64,000 nt of DNA, taken from assembly GCA_047495785.1 (NCBI GenBank), contig JBLDXI010000029.1, forward strand, positions 372,001-436,000, written 5' to 3'. The notes under the pieces were generated by a model. That model worked only from the letters and a program-made list of their open reading frames with translations, did not search any database and was not told the origin of the DNA. This document shows, one piece after another, positions 32,846 through 43,996 of this stretch. The DNA is from Lepidodermella squamata (taxonomy: Eukaryota; Animalia; Gastrotricha). The translations under genes were made by a program, and so were the position numbers. The number at the start of each line of letters is the position of its first letter. Within the stretch, counting starts at the first letter, position 1.

Positions 32846-35800
32846 TCAGCCTAGGCCGTAGAGCAGGGCGAGGCGTTCGCGCAGCGGCGGCGGAAACTGC
32901 GCCTGGCACCGCGACCAGTTCTCGTCGCCCATCTTCGACTTGAAGCCGTACAAGATGCGCGTGAACAGGTCGCGCAGGTCCTCGCGGGGCGACGCCCACG
33001 AGGCGATCGCGTCGCACAGGTGGATGAAGTCGGCGATGTCGCGGCACGCCGCCTCCGGGTTCTTGATCACCAGCACGCAGATGCCGCGGAACGCAGAGTC
33101 CTTCTCGTCGTTGTCGCGGATGTTGCGCAGCGAGGCGCACCAGTTGCGCAGGAAAGACGCCAGGTAGGGCGCCACGATGTCGGGGCACACCAGGCCGAGT
33201 CGACCAATAGTGATAGCTGGACAAAGGAAAATATACAAAAAATTAAGATAATTCGTCGAAATGTGGAAAAAAGTATATAAAATAGAAAATTCTTATCTTG
33301 AGGATGAAACGATTTTTTCGAATATTTAAAAAATTATCCTCGAGAAATTTTGATCAGAAATTGGAACGTTTGATATCACAGATTATCATAGTGAGCTGAG
33401 TGTGTCATCATTGGAATTTTTTTAATAAAATAACGATCAACTACACTTTCTATTTACCTGTATTTTCGAGAAGAGTTTTCGGAGTAGTTGGCCGGTTGAT
33501 TATTTCGATGAGAGGCGGCAACAACGCGGGAATATAATCGGCCATTCCGCTATCTGAAACCATTGAAAAATCAATTTATAGCCCAATTTCTCAAAAAATT
33601 AATGTGGATAAAAATAAAATAAAAATCTCAGACAGTACGAATACAATAAAATCATAGGCCTTCATAGTGAGCTGAGTAGTAGCATCATAGAAAATCCTAA
33701 AATCTCCAACTACGACAAGGAAGCAACTCACTCATTTTGACGGCAATTTCGCCGATGGCCCACGTCGCATTGTTGCACACTGAGATGTTGACCGGGTCGA
33801 GGTTGATGGCGAGTTTCTGTAGGAAGTCGTGCAGGCATGGCCGGACTCGCTCGAAACACGCTTTCGTTAGATCGCCCAACAACGCAAATGCACTTTGCCG
33901 CACCTCAGCCGTCGGATCCTTTCAATTCAAAATAGTCACAAATTTAATCATCTGATTTGAAACTGGAGAAACCCCAAAAATAAAAGAGTGAAATTGACAA
34001 AATCAGACAGTACGAATACGATAAAATCAGAGATCTTCATAGTGAGCTGAGTAAACATCATTTTTACGAGCCCCGACGTCAAATAAATCAGAGCAGAAAA
34101 TTCATAAATAAAATTGGATTTCTTTGACTTCGAGTTGGCCCTTGTCAATCTTAATTCAGATAAAATCCCTTTAATAACTTACATGCATGCAGTGAAAGAG
34201 CAGGGTTAAAATTTCTGATTGTTCCACCAACTGCTGAATATTCGAACCGAGACCCTCAGCCAGGCCAGATAGCAGATCCAACGCCACGATAATAAAGTCC
34301 TTATCCGGCTGTTCGTACTTGTCCGGATTCGCCATATGCGCCACTCCCTGGTGCTGCGTTTGTTCGATTAGCGAAATGCACCGCTGATAAACGGGCGGGG
34401 CGTAGGGCAGGAAGCCTTCTTTCAACGCCGTAGCTACACTGGATAGGCATTCGAGGAGAGGGAAAAGCGCTTTGTCGTCGTCCTTCAGTTCGTTCCATTT
34501 CTTGATTAATGGCGGCATCATCAACTGAATGAAATCCTGAAACGAAAAATCACGAGAAAATAAGTAAAAATTTGAAAAATTCAAACAAAAAATTGAATAA
34601 GATTCAAAATCAGGAGATCATACTGTCATCAAAAGATCAGGAAGAGAGAGTTGCGATCATCACATATGAAAGCGAAGAACGAGCTTCTATTTCCAGACCA
34701 AATTAGGTATCGATTACTTAATACCGAATAAATACCGTAAATTCAAGGAAAAGACCAAGATTTGGGCCAGGAAATCATATCTTCCAGCCTATTCTTTCTC
34801 CGGGAATAAAATTCATTAAAATTTGGGGTGACAATTTTGCGAATCTTGTCTCGTTCTCAAATTGAACTCTCTCGATGAATTTAGTCTAGAATTGAAACTC
34901 TTCCTTAGCCAAATAAAGATAACGATAAATTTCAAGAAATTCCTTACCTCTCGATTTAGAGCCGGGCCAACGGCATCGGCCAGCGTTCCGACTGCATCGT
35001 ACAAAATCAGTAAATTCTTCTGCTGGTACTTCTCAAAAGCAGCAACAAGCGTCTGTAAGATATCGCCCAGATACGGCACCAAATGCCCGGCTGCCTCTTC
35101 CTCGAGGGTCGCAAAGGCAGAACACGCCGCCTCCTGAACCCGCTTATTCGGGTCCAAAATCCGCCTCAACAGCTCTTGGACCAACGGATTCAGGTACACA
35201 TCGTGCGGCTGCTGGACTATCCAGTGAGCGTAGCGGGATAGAGTCCAGCAGGTTATCGATCGGACCAGAGGCTTCGCGTCGGAGAGGCATTGGATCAAAA
35301 ACGGGACCAGTTGCGGCAGGTGGGGGATCATGCCGCCCACACAACCCTCGGCTATCGCTCCGATAACCAAAATCGCAGACTCGCGGACCTCCCACTTCGG
35401 CGACTCGAGCATTTCGTTGAGGACTGGCAGGATTGTCGGGAGAATCGCCTCGCGGAACACCCCGGATAGCACGTCCAACGCAGCGGCTGAGCATTTTCGA
35501 AGATTCCAGTCTGATAGCGACGATTCGTCGAATTCCTCCTCGCACTCCTCGTCCAGCAGGCCCAACTCGTCGTTCTCGTCGTTTTCCTCCAGATTTTCGA
35601 CGTTAGAATCGAGGGAAGCAGCTGTTTGGCCAATGTTATGAACCTTCGCCCGATGGTACCGGGGTCTGATGTCATTCGGGTTGTCCGCCTGCTTCGAATC
35701 GTCCTCGTCAGAATTGCCATGCAGTAGGATGATGTCAATCTCTGAATAACGCATGTTTTTCACCAATATCGGGATTAGCCGGCCGATGTAAGGGTGAAGG

Positions 35801-37091
35801 ATCGAGCCGCATAGCGGCAGCTGCTCGGCTAGGGCAAGCCAGAACTCGCAGGCCTCGAGGGAGACTGACTCGTCTGAATCACCGGTTCGCTGCATCATGT
35901 ACTCGATAACGCCGTCGATGTGTTGCATCAAGATGTCGGGCTTGATTTCGAGCAACATCACGAAAGAGTGGCACACGTTCTTGCGAACATCTGAATCTTC
36001 ATCGTTCGCAAGGTAGAAAATGTTCTCTAGAAACTGCTCCAAATGCGGCATCAGTGTCTGCGACCGGCTCAACATGAACTGATTCACACAGGCCAGAGCA
36101 TGAGTCCTGTAAAAATAAACACCACAATCAGAGCCGGAATAAATAAATAAAACCCAAACGATCTATTCAAAAGAACGATTCAGAAAAAAATTGGCATCAA
36201 TTTTCGAGAAATCAGTGAGAGAGTTCATAATTCATCACTAAAAAGCTTAGTCAAGATCTGAAATATTTCATCAACTTACTTTATCTTAGCACTCTGATGT
36301 CTGAAGAAGAGGAAAAACTTCGGTAGCAGTATGTTGAGAGGTTTATCTTCCGCAGTCGAGTCGTCTGCGTCGAGTTGAGATGCGCAGTCTTCGCAGATTT
36401 TTCGAAGAGCGCCGAACGCGCCTTCGCAGACGTGGTAATCTGGTGATTCGAGGCATTGGCAAATGAAAGGCAGTAGTTCAGGCCAGTTTCGAAGGTCTCC
36501 ACGCATGACGATAGTTGATATTAAGATGCCGACTGTGGCTCGTATTAGAGGCGACGCGTCTCCAATGCAGTTCAGACATTCTTGCTTGATGTATGAGACA
36601 ACTTCTTGCGGTAAGTGTTCGAAGTGCATTCGAACATTATTTTTTAGTATCAAACCACTGAGCGATCGAGTAGGTTCATCTGCAATAAAATTCAGGATTA
36701 GAAAAGGAATGAATAACACTTTGTAAACCATTTAGTGGCTACCAAATTCAGCAAAGAAATCAGAATCATAAGGATCATAGAGAGAGTTCAAAAACTCATC
36801 ACAAATACGTATAAACTAGAAATCAGTAACAAGATGTGATTAAATACCTTCTGTTTTTAGCCGTGCGAGCACGAACATGAGATAATTGCTAAAATCAGGA
36901 AACCGGTTGAACTCTTCCAATTTCTAATAGCAAAAGCAAAACAGTGAGCAATTTTCAACTCCAGGGCAATGGATAAAAATTACCTGCTGTACACGCCGCT
37001 GAGTCTCGGTGTTTGGAGACTGACTTTCCTTGAGCAACTGGATGATTTGGCCGAGGGCCGCTTGATCTGGCTGCCATTCCATCATCCTCAT
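32846..37091 (-). CDS. TNPO1: Transportin (karyopherin beta-2), 8 coding exons
   Basis: [30 protein letters not shown], acidic loop then [74 protein letters not shown]1 versus TNPO2 cannot be distinguished in an invertebrate. Confidence 0.97.
33350..33416 (-). ncRNA. Box C/D snoRNA: D' guide for 28S (SNORD29/snR71-equivalent site) and D guide complementary to U6 snRNA
   Basis: ATGATGA-CACACTCAGCTCACT-ATGA...TCAAACGTTCCAATTT-CTGA in the last transportin intron. Confidence 0.85.
33624..33693 (-). ncRNA. Box C/D snoRNA, double guide (28S SNORD29- and SNORD41-equivalent sites)
   Basis: ATGATGC-TACTACTCAGCTCACT-ATGA..ATGATT..GTATTCGTACTGT-CTGA; D box ~75 nt from the 3' splice site. Confidence 0.88.
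33998..34066 (-). ncRNA. Box C/D snoRNA, double guide (paralog of 33624-33693)
   Basis: ATGATGT-TTACTCAGCTCACT-ATGA..CTGATT..GTATTCGTACTGT-CTGA, with an AAAA/TTTT terminal stem; ~85 nt from the 3' splice site. Confidence 0.88.
34605..34668 (-). ncRNA. Box C/D snoRNA, SNORD26-like register
   Basis: GTGATGA-TCGCAACTCTCTCTTC-CTGA..TGATGA-CAGTATGATCTC-CTGA; the D' guide pairs with 28S GAAGAGAGAGUU. Confidence 0.88.
36176..36243 (-). ncRNA. Box C/D snoRNA, SNORD81-like register
   Basis: GTGATGA-ATTATGAACTCTCTCA-CTGA..TTGATG..CTGA; ~73 nt from the 3' splice site. Confidence 0.88.
36744..36807 (-). ncRNA. Box C/D snoRNA, SNORD81-like register (paralog)
   Basis: GTGATGA-GTTTTTGAACTCTCTCT-ATGA..ATGATT..CTGA; ~67 nt from the 3' splice site. 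Confidence 0.82.
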
Positions 37092-37844
37092 CGCTTCGCA
37101 TCAACAGCCCCTCTATTTGATGTGTTAGAGGTATATAAGATTTAGATACGAGTAGTAGATAGCGTCTTAGTCTCCGATTATTAGGTTATAGCCTATTACT
37201 TTCGTATTTAGACTATATCTGAGTAAGTAATCTGTCTAATATAATCGAGCTAGAATAAGCATAATAGAAAATTAAAGTAAGGTAAATTATGATAACTTGA
37301 CCGAGTTAAAGTACAACATATCCAGTAACATAAGCGAAGACGACTTCGCAGACGACAATCAAGTATTTCGTTAAGATAAGTTAGCCTTGACTTGCTGTAT
37401 CGATAGCTAAGACCACGACCTGCTTTTAGAATAAGCCTGCCTGCATCTTAACCTCCATCCGCTTCTCCCCAACGAAGTATTATCGAAGATAACACTAAAA
37501 TCAAAACTGACCGCGATGTGACGATCGATCGGCGTCCACAGTGGCTGCTGGTGCGTGTCAGACGTTGAGCAGAAAAGAAAACTATTTGAATCGCTTTCGG
37601 CTCCTGCACGTTGAACACGGCATGTTCTCAACTGACACAATTCGAAGCTCGCTTTTCCTCACCGTTGAAGATGATGCCCCTCGCTTTCTCATCGCAACGC
37701 TAACACAACGCGACTTTCTTCACCCTTGTTTTCTATAAATACGTTAATTTGTCATTATTTGTATTTTATAATTGAAAACAATAATTTATAAACAAAATAT
37801 AAAAAATTTGGCGGTATTTTTTTCAAAAAATCACTCAGAAATCA

Positions 37845-37945
37845 ACTTGGAAGTGCGATCAACTGGCATCGCTCCATCTTGGATGCTTCTACCTTGAGGT
37901 TTTTGATTGATTTGGTGAGACTTCCGATTTCGAGCTTCCGAGACG
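37845..37945 (-). promoter_or_regulatory. Probable transportin upstream promoter motifs (ETS CGGAAG x2, YY1-like AAGATGG)
   Basis: CTCGGAAGCTCGAAATCGGAAGT and CAAGATGGAG on the minus strand upstream of the gene; motif-only evidence. Confidence 0.35.
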
Positions 37946-38772
37946 GATACGCCCGGAGCCATCGCTTAAGGGCGTAGACGTGGGTGCAGTGTAGAAGATG
38001 GGAATTTTACCGGAAGGGGGATATAGACAAGGGCCCCTCCTTACATCGCTCAAGCTTCCGCAGGGGTCAGGAAAGAAAACATAAGGGTCCCCCCTGTGGT
38101 TATGCTTCGAGCCCCGAGCCCCGAGCCCCGAGGGCTCGAAGTAAGGACAGTGTGGACCTTGTGGTCATGTCTTTGAGCCTTTCGCGGCGCCTGGCGTGAC
38201 TTGTCAGTACCCTACCTACAACGAAAACTTCACAGATTTTGATCACGATGGCTGTGATCAAAGCATATTTTACTGTTAGCTATCTTTCAATCGCACCCAT
38301 GTAAGTGATTTCAGGCTTGTAAACAAACAACAAACAACAAATAGCGAGCTGCAAGTAGTCATTAGTAATCTCAAAAACGCCATTTAAATGACTCCTTAAA
38401 GTAACGCTTGTTGTTTATTTGGCAAACGTCTTTCAGTGTTTTAACGTCTTCTGTGTCTCGGTTAGGCTTTGTTTAACGGCCTCTAAAATGCTCTCTGATG
38501 GCGGGAGCAGCTGAGAATATCTATGAGCTCGACGTTGCTCTTGTCGACAGCGCGTTGAAATTCCCCTCGTGTTTTTTGTCTTTGGACGACTTGTTATTTC
38601 ACCTTTCGTCGAGTCTCTAGCAGCTCGACAGTGCAACAACCGTAGAAATAAGATTTTCGTTCTCTTTGAAGGCTGGGTCATTGCTATGGAGGTGCCGGTT
38701 CTAAACGCCTCGTCCATTGGTCTTTGGAGACAAATGACTGCCATTCACTTGAGGCCATCATCCGCTCAAAAA

Positions 38773-38966
38773 GGTACGGCGATAAAACAGCATATTCACA
38801 GAACAGTGAATGCGACAAAACAGCAAATTTTTTTATTTTGCTGCAAAACAGCGAAAACTTAAAATTTAAAACTGGCATCGAGTTTCTGCTGTAATGTCGT
38901 AAGTTGAGAAATTTGCTGTTTTGTCGCGTATGCTGTTTTGGATATTTGCTGTTATGACGGTCTGCC
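38773..38966. mobile_element. 194-bp MITE with 8-bp TSD and GG..CC termini (Merlin-like)
   Basis: TSD CTCAAAAA at 38765-38772 and 38967-38974; imperfect TIRs built from AAAACAGCA subrepeats. Confidence 0.8.
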
Positions 38967-39355
38967 CTCAAAAACGGTACATACCAATCGTAGTAGTAAT
39001 ACCAATGAGAAATACGGCTAAATCGAAATGGAGGCGTAAATCTAATCTCCTGATCATCAACAGTCGGAAGGTTCAATACTATTTATTTTTAGATTTTATG
39101 TTTTAAATGGGTGTGTTAGCGTTTTTTGGATGTTCGCTGTACAATATTCTTCTATTTCTCGGCGTTGAGGCCATCGTATTTGTTGTAATTCTCCAGGTAT
39201 GTTGCAACATCTTTTGTCATTTGATGATAATCAGTCAGCTGAACAAACAAAATGCGCATGATTTCCAAGCAAATGTTCCGGCTATCACCAAATGTTATCA
39301 ATTCTTTGTTTTAACACAGGTTACTAAAGTTCGGCAAGTATTCGCACACAATTTC

Positions 39356-40016
39356 ATGGCCATCAGATCTTTGCTTATCACCGCCGTCATTGTACAGTGC
39401 ATTGTACTGGTTTACGCATATTGTGTTGGAAGCAGCGATAGCCAGGCTCAAAAGCCTGTCACAGCTCAAGCTCGTCTGTGGCCTAAAGGTCAGCCGTCTT
39501 TCGCTGGCGAGACTCCGGTTGGAGTCATCGACTTCGAAGAAGTAACAAACAGCGATGGAAGTGTATACACTCTGGTAATTATTTATTAATTTCGAATTTA
39601 TTAATTTCAATTTAATTTTGTTTTCTCAGGTTCGAGGTCGAATTACTGGAATTGCGCCAACTGATGCGCTTCATGGTTTTCACGTTCACGACTCATTGAA
39701 TTTTACGAACGGCTGCGACTCGACCGGCGGGCATTACAACCCAACGAAGCGTGACCACGGCGATATCGGAAATGCGCACGATGCGCGGCATGTCGGCGAT
39801 TTGGGCAACGTGCTCGCCGATTCTCACGGCGTGGTCAATGTCAACCTGAAGGACACTGTCATCCGCCTGAGTGGACCGACTGTCAACAACATTCTTTATC
39901 GCGCCTTGGTTATCCACGCTGATAAGGACGATTTGGGCCTCGGCGAGTCGGCGGCGAGTAAATTGAACGGAAATGCGGGCAAACGCCTCGCGTGTGGCGC
40001 AATCATGAAAAACTGA
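39356..40016 (+). CDS. SOD3: Secreted Cu/Zn superoxide dismutase, copy 1 (exons 39356-39574, 39630-40016)
   Basis: Signal peptide; HGFHVH, GCDSTGGHYNP, HG, RHVGDLGN, LVIHADKDDLG and GNAGKRLACG, so all Cu/Zn ligands and the catalytic Arg are present. Confidence 0.93.
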
Positions 40017-40171
40017 ATTTTGCGATTTTTGATGCTTTCATTTTGTTGTTTTCTTTGATTGTTTTATCACCGGTTTTATGCAATAAAAATAATGATCGAT
40101 TTCTCCCTTTTTCTGTACCGTGTCCCATTAAATAAAACAAAATATCCGGAAAAGCAATCCGAGAGTCTAAA

Positions 40172-40450
40172 GGTTCTATGTCAATTGAGCAAACGAAAAT
40201 TGAGCAACGAAAATAGAGCAAGGGCTTTTGAGCAAAACGAGATTAGAGCAAAACGACACGAGAGCAAATTTAATAATTAATTGCAGCTGTTGTTTATTTT
40301 AAATAAAATTTGCTCTCGTGTCGTTTTGCTCTAATCTCGTTTTGCTCAAAAGTCGTTTTGCTCTAATTTCGTTTGCTCTAATATCGTTGCTCAAAAGCCC
40401 TTGCTCTATTTTCGTTGCTCAATTTTCGTTTGCTCAATTGACATAGAACC
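40172..40450. mobile_element. 279-bp foldback MITE, 8-bp TSD, GG termini (Merlin-like)
   Basis: Long perfect TIRs GGTTCTATGTCAATTGAGCAAACG...; GAGCAA tandem subrepeats; TSD AGTCTAAA at 40164-40171 and 40451-40458. Confidence 0.92.
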
Positions 40451-40813
40451 AGTCTAAAATGAGAGGCGATGTCACATCTCATAGAAAAATGTATGAAAAA
40501 TGTCAAATGCTATGAGACTGGTAATCAGGAATTTCACCTGTCGATGGCATTAAAAATCCGAGAAAATTCAAGTCTAACCGAAGTAAAATGACCTTTTCGT
40601 TTTTTTTGTGGTTTTTATCTATTTTCTCGGGAAAATCGCATAAGGACGAGAGATTCTTCCGGCACTGGTTTAATTCGAAAAATAGTTCAATTTTCCGCAA
40701 AAAGTTGCAACATTATTGGATGGTTGCGCAACTTATGGGACATGCTAAATTGCGCAACACGTGGGAAATCCTCCTTAAATTTCCTGAAATTCGGTGATTT
40801 TTCGTTAAATGAA

Positions 40814-41493
40814 ATGGCGATTTTTTACGTAGTTCTCTCGATTTTTATCGGGCTGATTTCAGCTCAGCAAACGTCGAAGCCTGTTCGAGCCATCGCTCAT
40901 CTATGGCCCAAGGGTGAGGTGAGTGGCGAAGGCAAGCCCCTCGGCATAATCGAGCTGGTTGAAATAAAGAACCCGGACAATTCTTACTCAGTCATGGTAA
41001 CACAATTTCGCCGAATTTTCATGATTTTTCCGAATGATTTTGTTTTGCAGGTTCAAGGCTACATCGAAAAAGTTTTCCCGGCTGAATCGAAGCACGGTTT
41101 CCACGTTCATCAGGCGGCTAATTACTCAAATGGCTGCGAATCGGCTGGTCCGCATTACAACCCTGATGGGACGAAGCATGGAGATATCAAAGCGGCGAAA
41201 ATTCATCGACATATTGGGGATTTAGGTTAACCGTTTTTTTATTTCAAATTGTTTAATTTTTTTAATTTTCGATTTTCTAAGGAAATGTTGAATCTGATAA
41301 CGCTGGGCGTGTAAATGTTCAAATTCTGGATTCGTTGATTCGGTTGAGCGGGGACAGCAAGTTCAATGTCATCGGGCGACCGCTGGTCGTTCACACGAAA
41401 GAGGACGATTTGGGGCAAGGCCACAACTTGGAGAGCGAGAAAAGCGGCAACGCAGGCGGCCGCATCGCTTGCGGAACTATCATACTGCTGTGA
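40814..41493 (+). CDS. SOD3: Secreted Cu/Zn superoxide dismutase, copy 2 (exons 40814-40996, 41051-41225, 41282-41493)
   Basis: Signal peptide [17 protein letters not shown]; [24 protein letters not shown]|[22 protein letters not shown]. Confidence 0.93.
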
Positions 41494-41934
41494 AATATTA
41501 CACTTTTTCCATTGATCAAAAATAAAACTACCACGTGGATGCTTGAATATGTGTAGACAAATTTAGGAAAATTCACCCCTTTGAGATATTGCACTTCAAA
41601 ATAAAAACTGCTATTTTATCGAGTCAATGAAGTTCTCCGTTAGAGATGTCGTTCCTCACTCGGTGAAGTAACAAAAAGAGGCCTATTAACTATTACCTAC
41701 CTAATTTCAACCTTATAATCGAAATTGTATATACTAATTAATTTCTTGGATTATCAATAACTTTTTGGATCAACGGCTAACAAGTAGCAGGTCGCAGCGG
41801 ATTCAAAGTTTTGAGGTACCAAAATCATGTGGTGCATGCTTGTGATAGGCAGAAGAGTAACAAACAGCTGAAAAGGCTATTTTTCACTGCGCATTTTTAT
41901 ATGTAAATTATTAGGTTTTTTGTTATTATTCAAC

Positions 41935-42388
41935 GGGTCCAAATATTTACACCACTAAAAATGAGGTTCTAGCACTAAATTTTCCAGATTCTTCGCGATT
42001 TGGACGTTTTCGGTTTTGAACGATACTGATGCCCACCCTGATCCTAGGATTTTTATTTTAGCTAAATGGTGCCCTGTGCCCTGTGCTATGTAGAAAAACG
42101 TTCGATGTTGGGTTCCAAGACGGCTGATATCGGGAAAATCACTGATTTGTGAAATCGATACTTGGAATCGATATCGGCTATATAAGATGAAGTATAATTC
42201 GTAAATTGACCGCTTATAGCGCGAAATACGCAAAATATGAAGGTCTATCGGTTAGGCATGATAACAAAAAATTGAGATTCTAGCGAAGACTAGAAATTCA
42301 AAAAACCAGATTTAGGGGAAATCTAGTGCTGGAGTCTCAAATAAAATGCTGGAACCCTAAATTTGGGGTGCGCACTTGGCACACCCTT
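41935..42388. mobile_element. Interspersed repeat (MITE-like) copy 2, uninterrupted
   Basis: Colinear with 28889-29218 plus 30341-30478; degenerate inverted ends (GGTTC.AGCA.T..ATTT). Confidence 0.8.
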
Positions 42389-43153
42389 ATTTAACTACAC
42401 AAGCTTATACGTAATTTTGGACAAAACCATGTTTTTTGAAGATTAAAAATCAGCCCCAATTCAGGAATGGATGATTTTCGGTGTGTAAGGAGAGCGCCAA
42501 TTTATCGGTAAAATTTAGCGATTTTACGATTTTCACCATATTTTTTGCAATCGAAAACAGTTTTGGCTAATTGGAGCGGGCAATTTTGGACACGCTCATT
42601 TGCATATGCAATGGCATTGTGTATTTTCAGTTTTTCCTGAGCTTTGGGTAAAATTTGAAAAAAATGATGAACAGATGGCAGATCATCCGTTTTTTAGAAG
42701 TTAAATAAAAATGCGGTTTTGCGCAGCCGCATATATTTATACCGTCTAAATTGTCCAAAATTTCCCCGTTTTTCACCTGTTTTTCAGGTAAATGCCCTGC
42801 TAAAACGCCTCGTCAAATGAACGCATGCCAAACGCGTCGCACCATGGCTGAATTCCGATACCTATTTTCTTTTTCTATTTCAGGGTTTGTAATTTAGGAT
42901 TAAGACGTGTCACATTAGGTTGATTCAGTCATGCCTACCTCTCTCTCTCCTCTCTCTCTCATCTCTCTCAACGCCCCAAACTCCCCAAAAGCAATTTGTT
43001 TTAAAAACGAAGTCGCAATTAGCTCGGTAAATTTCACTTAAATCAATTGGATATATGCATATAGGCATGTTCTATTAGCTTATTAGCGTAGGCATATCAT
43101 GTGCGTGATGTGAGGTGTTTATTACTCGATCTGGGTATGCACCAGGTCTACAT

Positions 43154-43261
43154 ATTTCATCTCCTCGCGGAAAAATTGATATTTCATTGTGAAATTCCAT
43201 TTTATTCAATTTAAAATGGAATTCCACAATTGAAAATGATTTTTCAGTGGGCGGATGAAAT
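43154..43261. repeat. Imperfect ~108-bp hairpin, probable transposon relic
   Basis: ATTTCATC..GAAAAAT..ATTGTGAAATTCCATTTTA / TAAAATGGAATTCCACAAT..ATTTTTC..GATGAAAT. Confidence 0.6.
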
Positions 43262-43996
43262 ACACCCCAGGAAAAAAGGCATCAATTCAGGCTTTTTTAA
43301 CAATAGCGAGTCGACAAGCGATCCTTGTTTCTTATGCCCAATGCGTATCCTTCTTCATGCCTTTTTTGTAAAAGCATGAAATACAAGGAGTTTTTTTTAC
43401 AACCTTGACAATTATTTATGGTTTCTGATTATTTTCGAATGTGTGCATATTTAAATTAGGGGAAAAATAAATAAGAGAAGAATGACTCATTGGCGGGGAA
43501 TCGTACTGTGGTCTCTCGAGGTACAGGCGAGGATTTTTTCAGTTGCACTTTCTGCCCGGAAAAACTAGCATGCTTGAGTCGACGTGCCGCAGCTTTTTTT
43601 AGGACCAGAATGCTAAATTGCAATCTGAATTTCAAATTTCTGATTAATTTACTGTGTCCAATAAACGATATTCGATCAAATTTTGATCATTATAAAAAAT
43701 GGTCGCCTTGATTTTACTGTAAGAGGTATTGAACCTAATCGAAATTGATTGAATGTCTCGTTTGTATACACTTATTTGAGTCCAAAAAATTCAGCAATTT
43801 AAGAATATTATATCCAGTGTGTTCTTCTAATCGTTATTTAACGCGCAACGAAAGGCATGAAAATCAAGCCCATGATTTACAAGCTTTATTAAAAAAAAAT
43901 TATGAATTAGGGTCGCAAAATCGCAAAATATGTGGGGGCGCTAGACCAAAATTCATGCCTTTCATGCCTGTATGGTTGTCTTAAAGTTGAATTCTA

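Noticed and set aside
33386-34061. Repeated TCATAGTGAGCTGAGT as a CRISPR-like or simple repeat
   Set aside because: Eukaryotic introns, one copy per intron with box C/D context; explained as snoRNA guides.
37849-38200. GC-rich structured region as possible 7SK or RNase P/MRP RNA
   Set aside because: No paired GAUC motifs, no P4 consensus and no suitable terminator; better explained by promoter motifs plus a degenerate repeat with a (GAGCCCC)3 hairpin.
38430-39290. Short ORFs upstream of SOD
   Set aside because: Interrupted by a MITE and stops, with no recognisable product; ORF 39107 is only an upstream in-frame extension of SOD exon 1.
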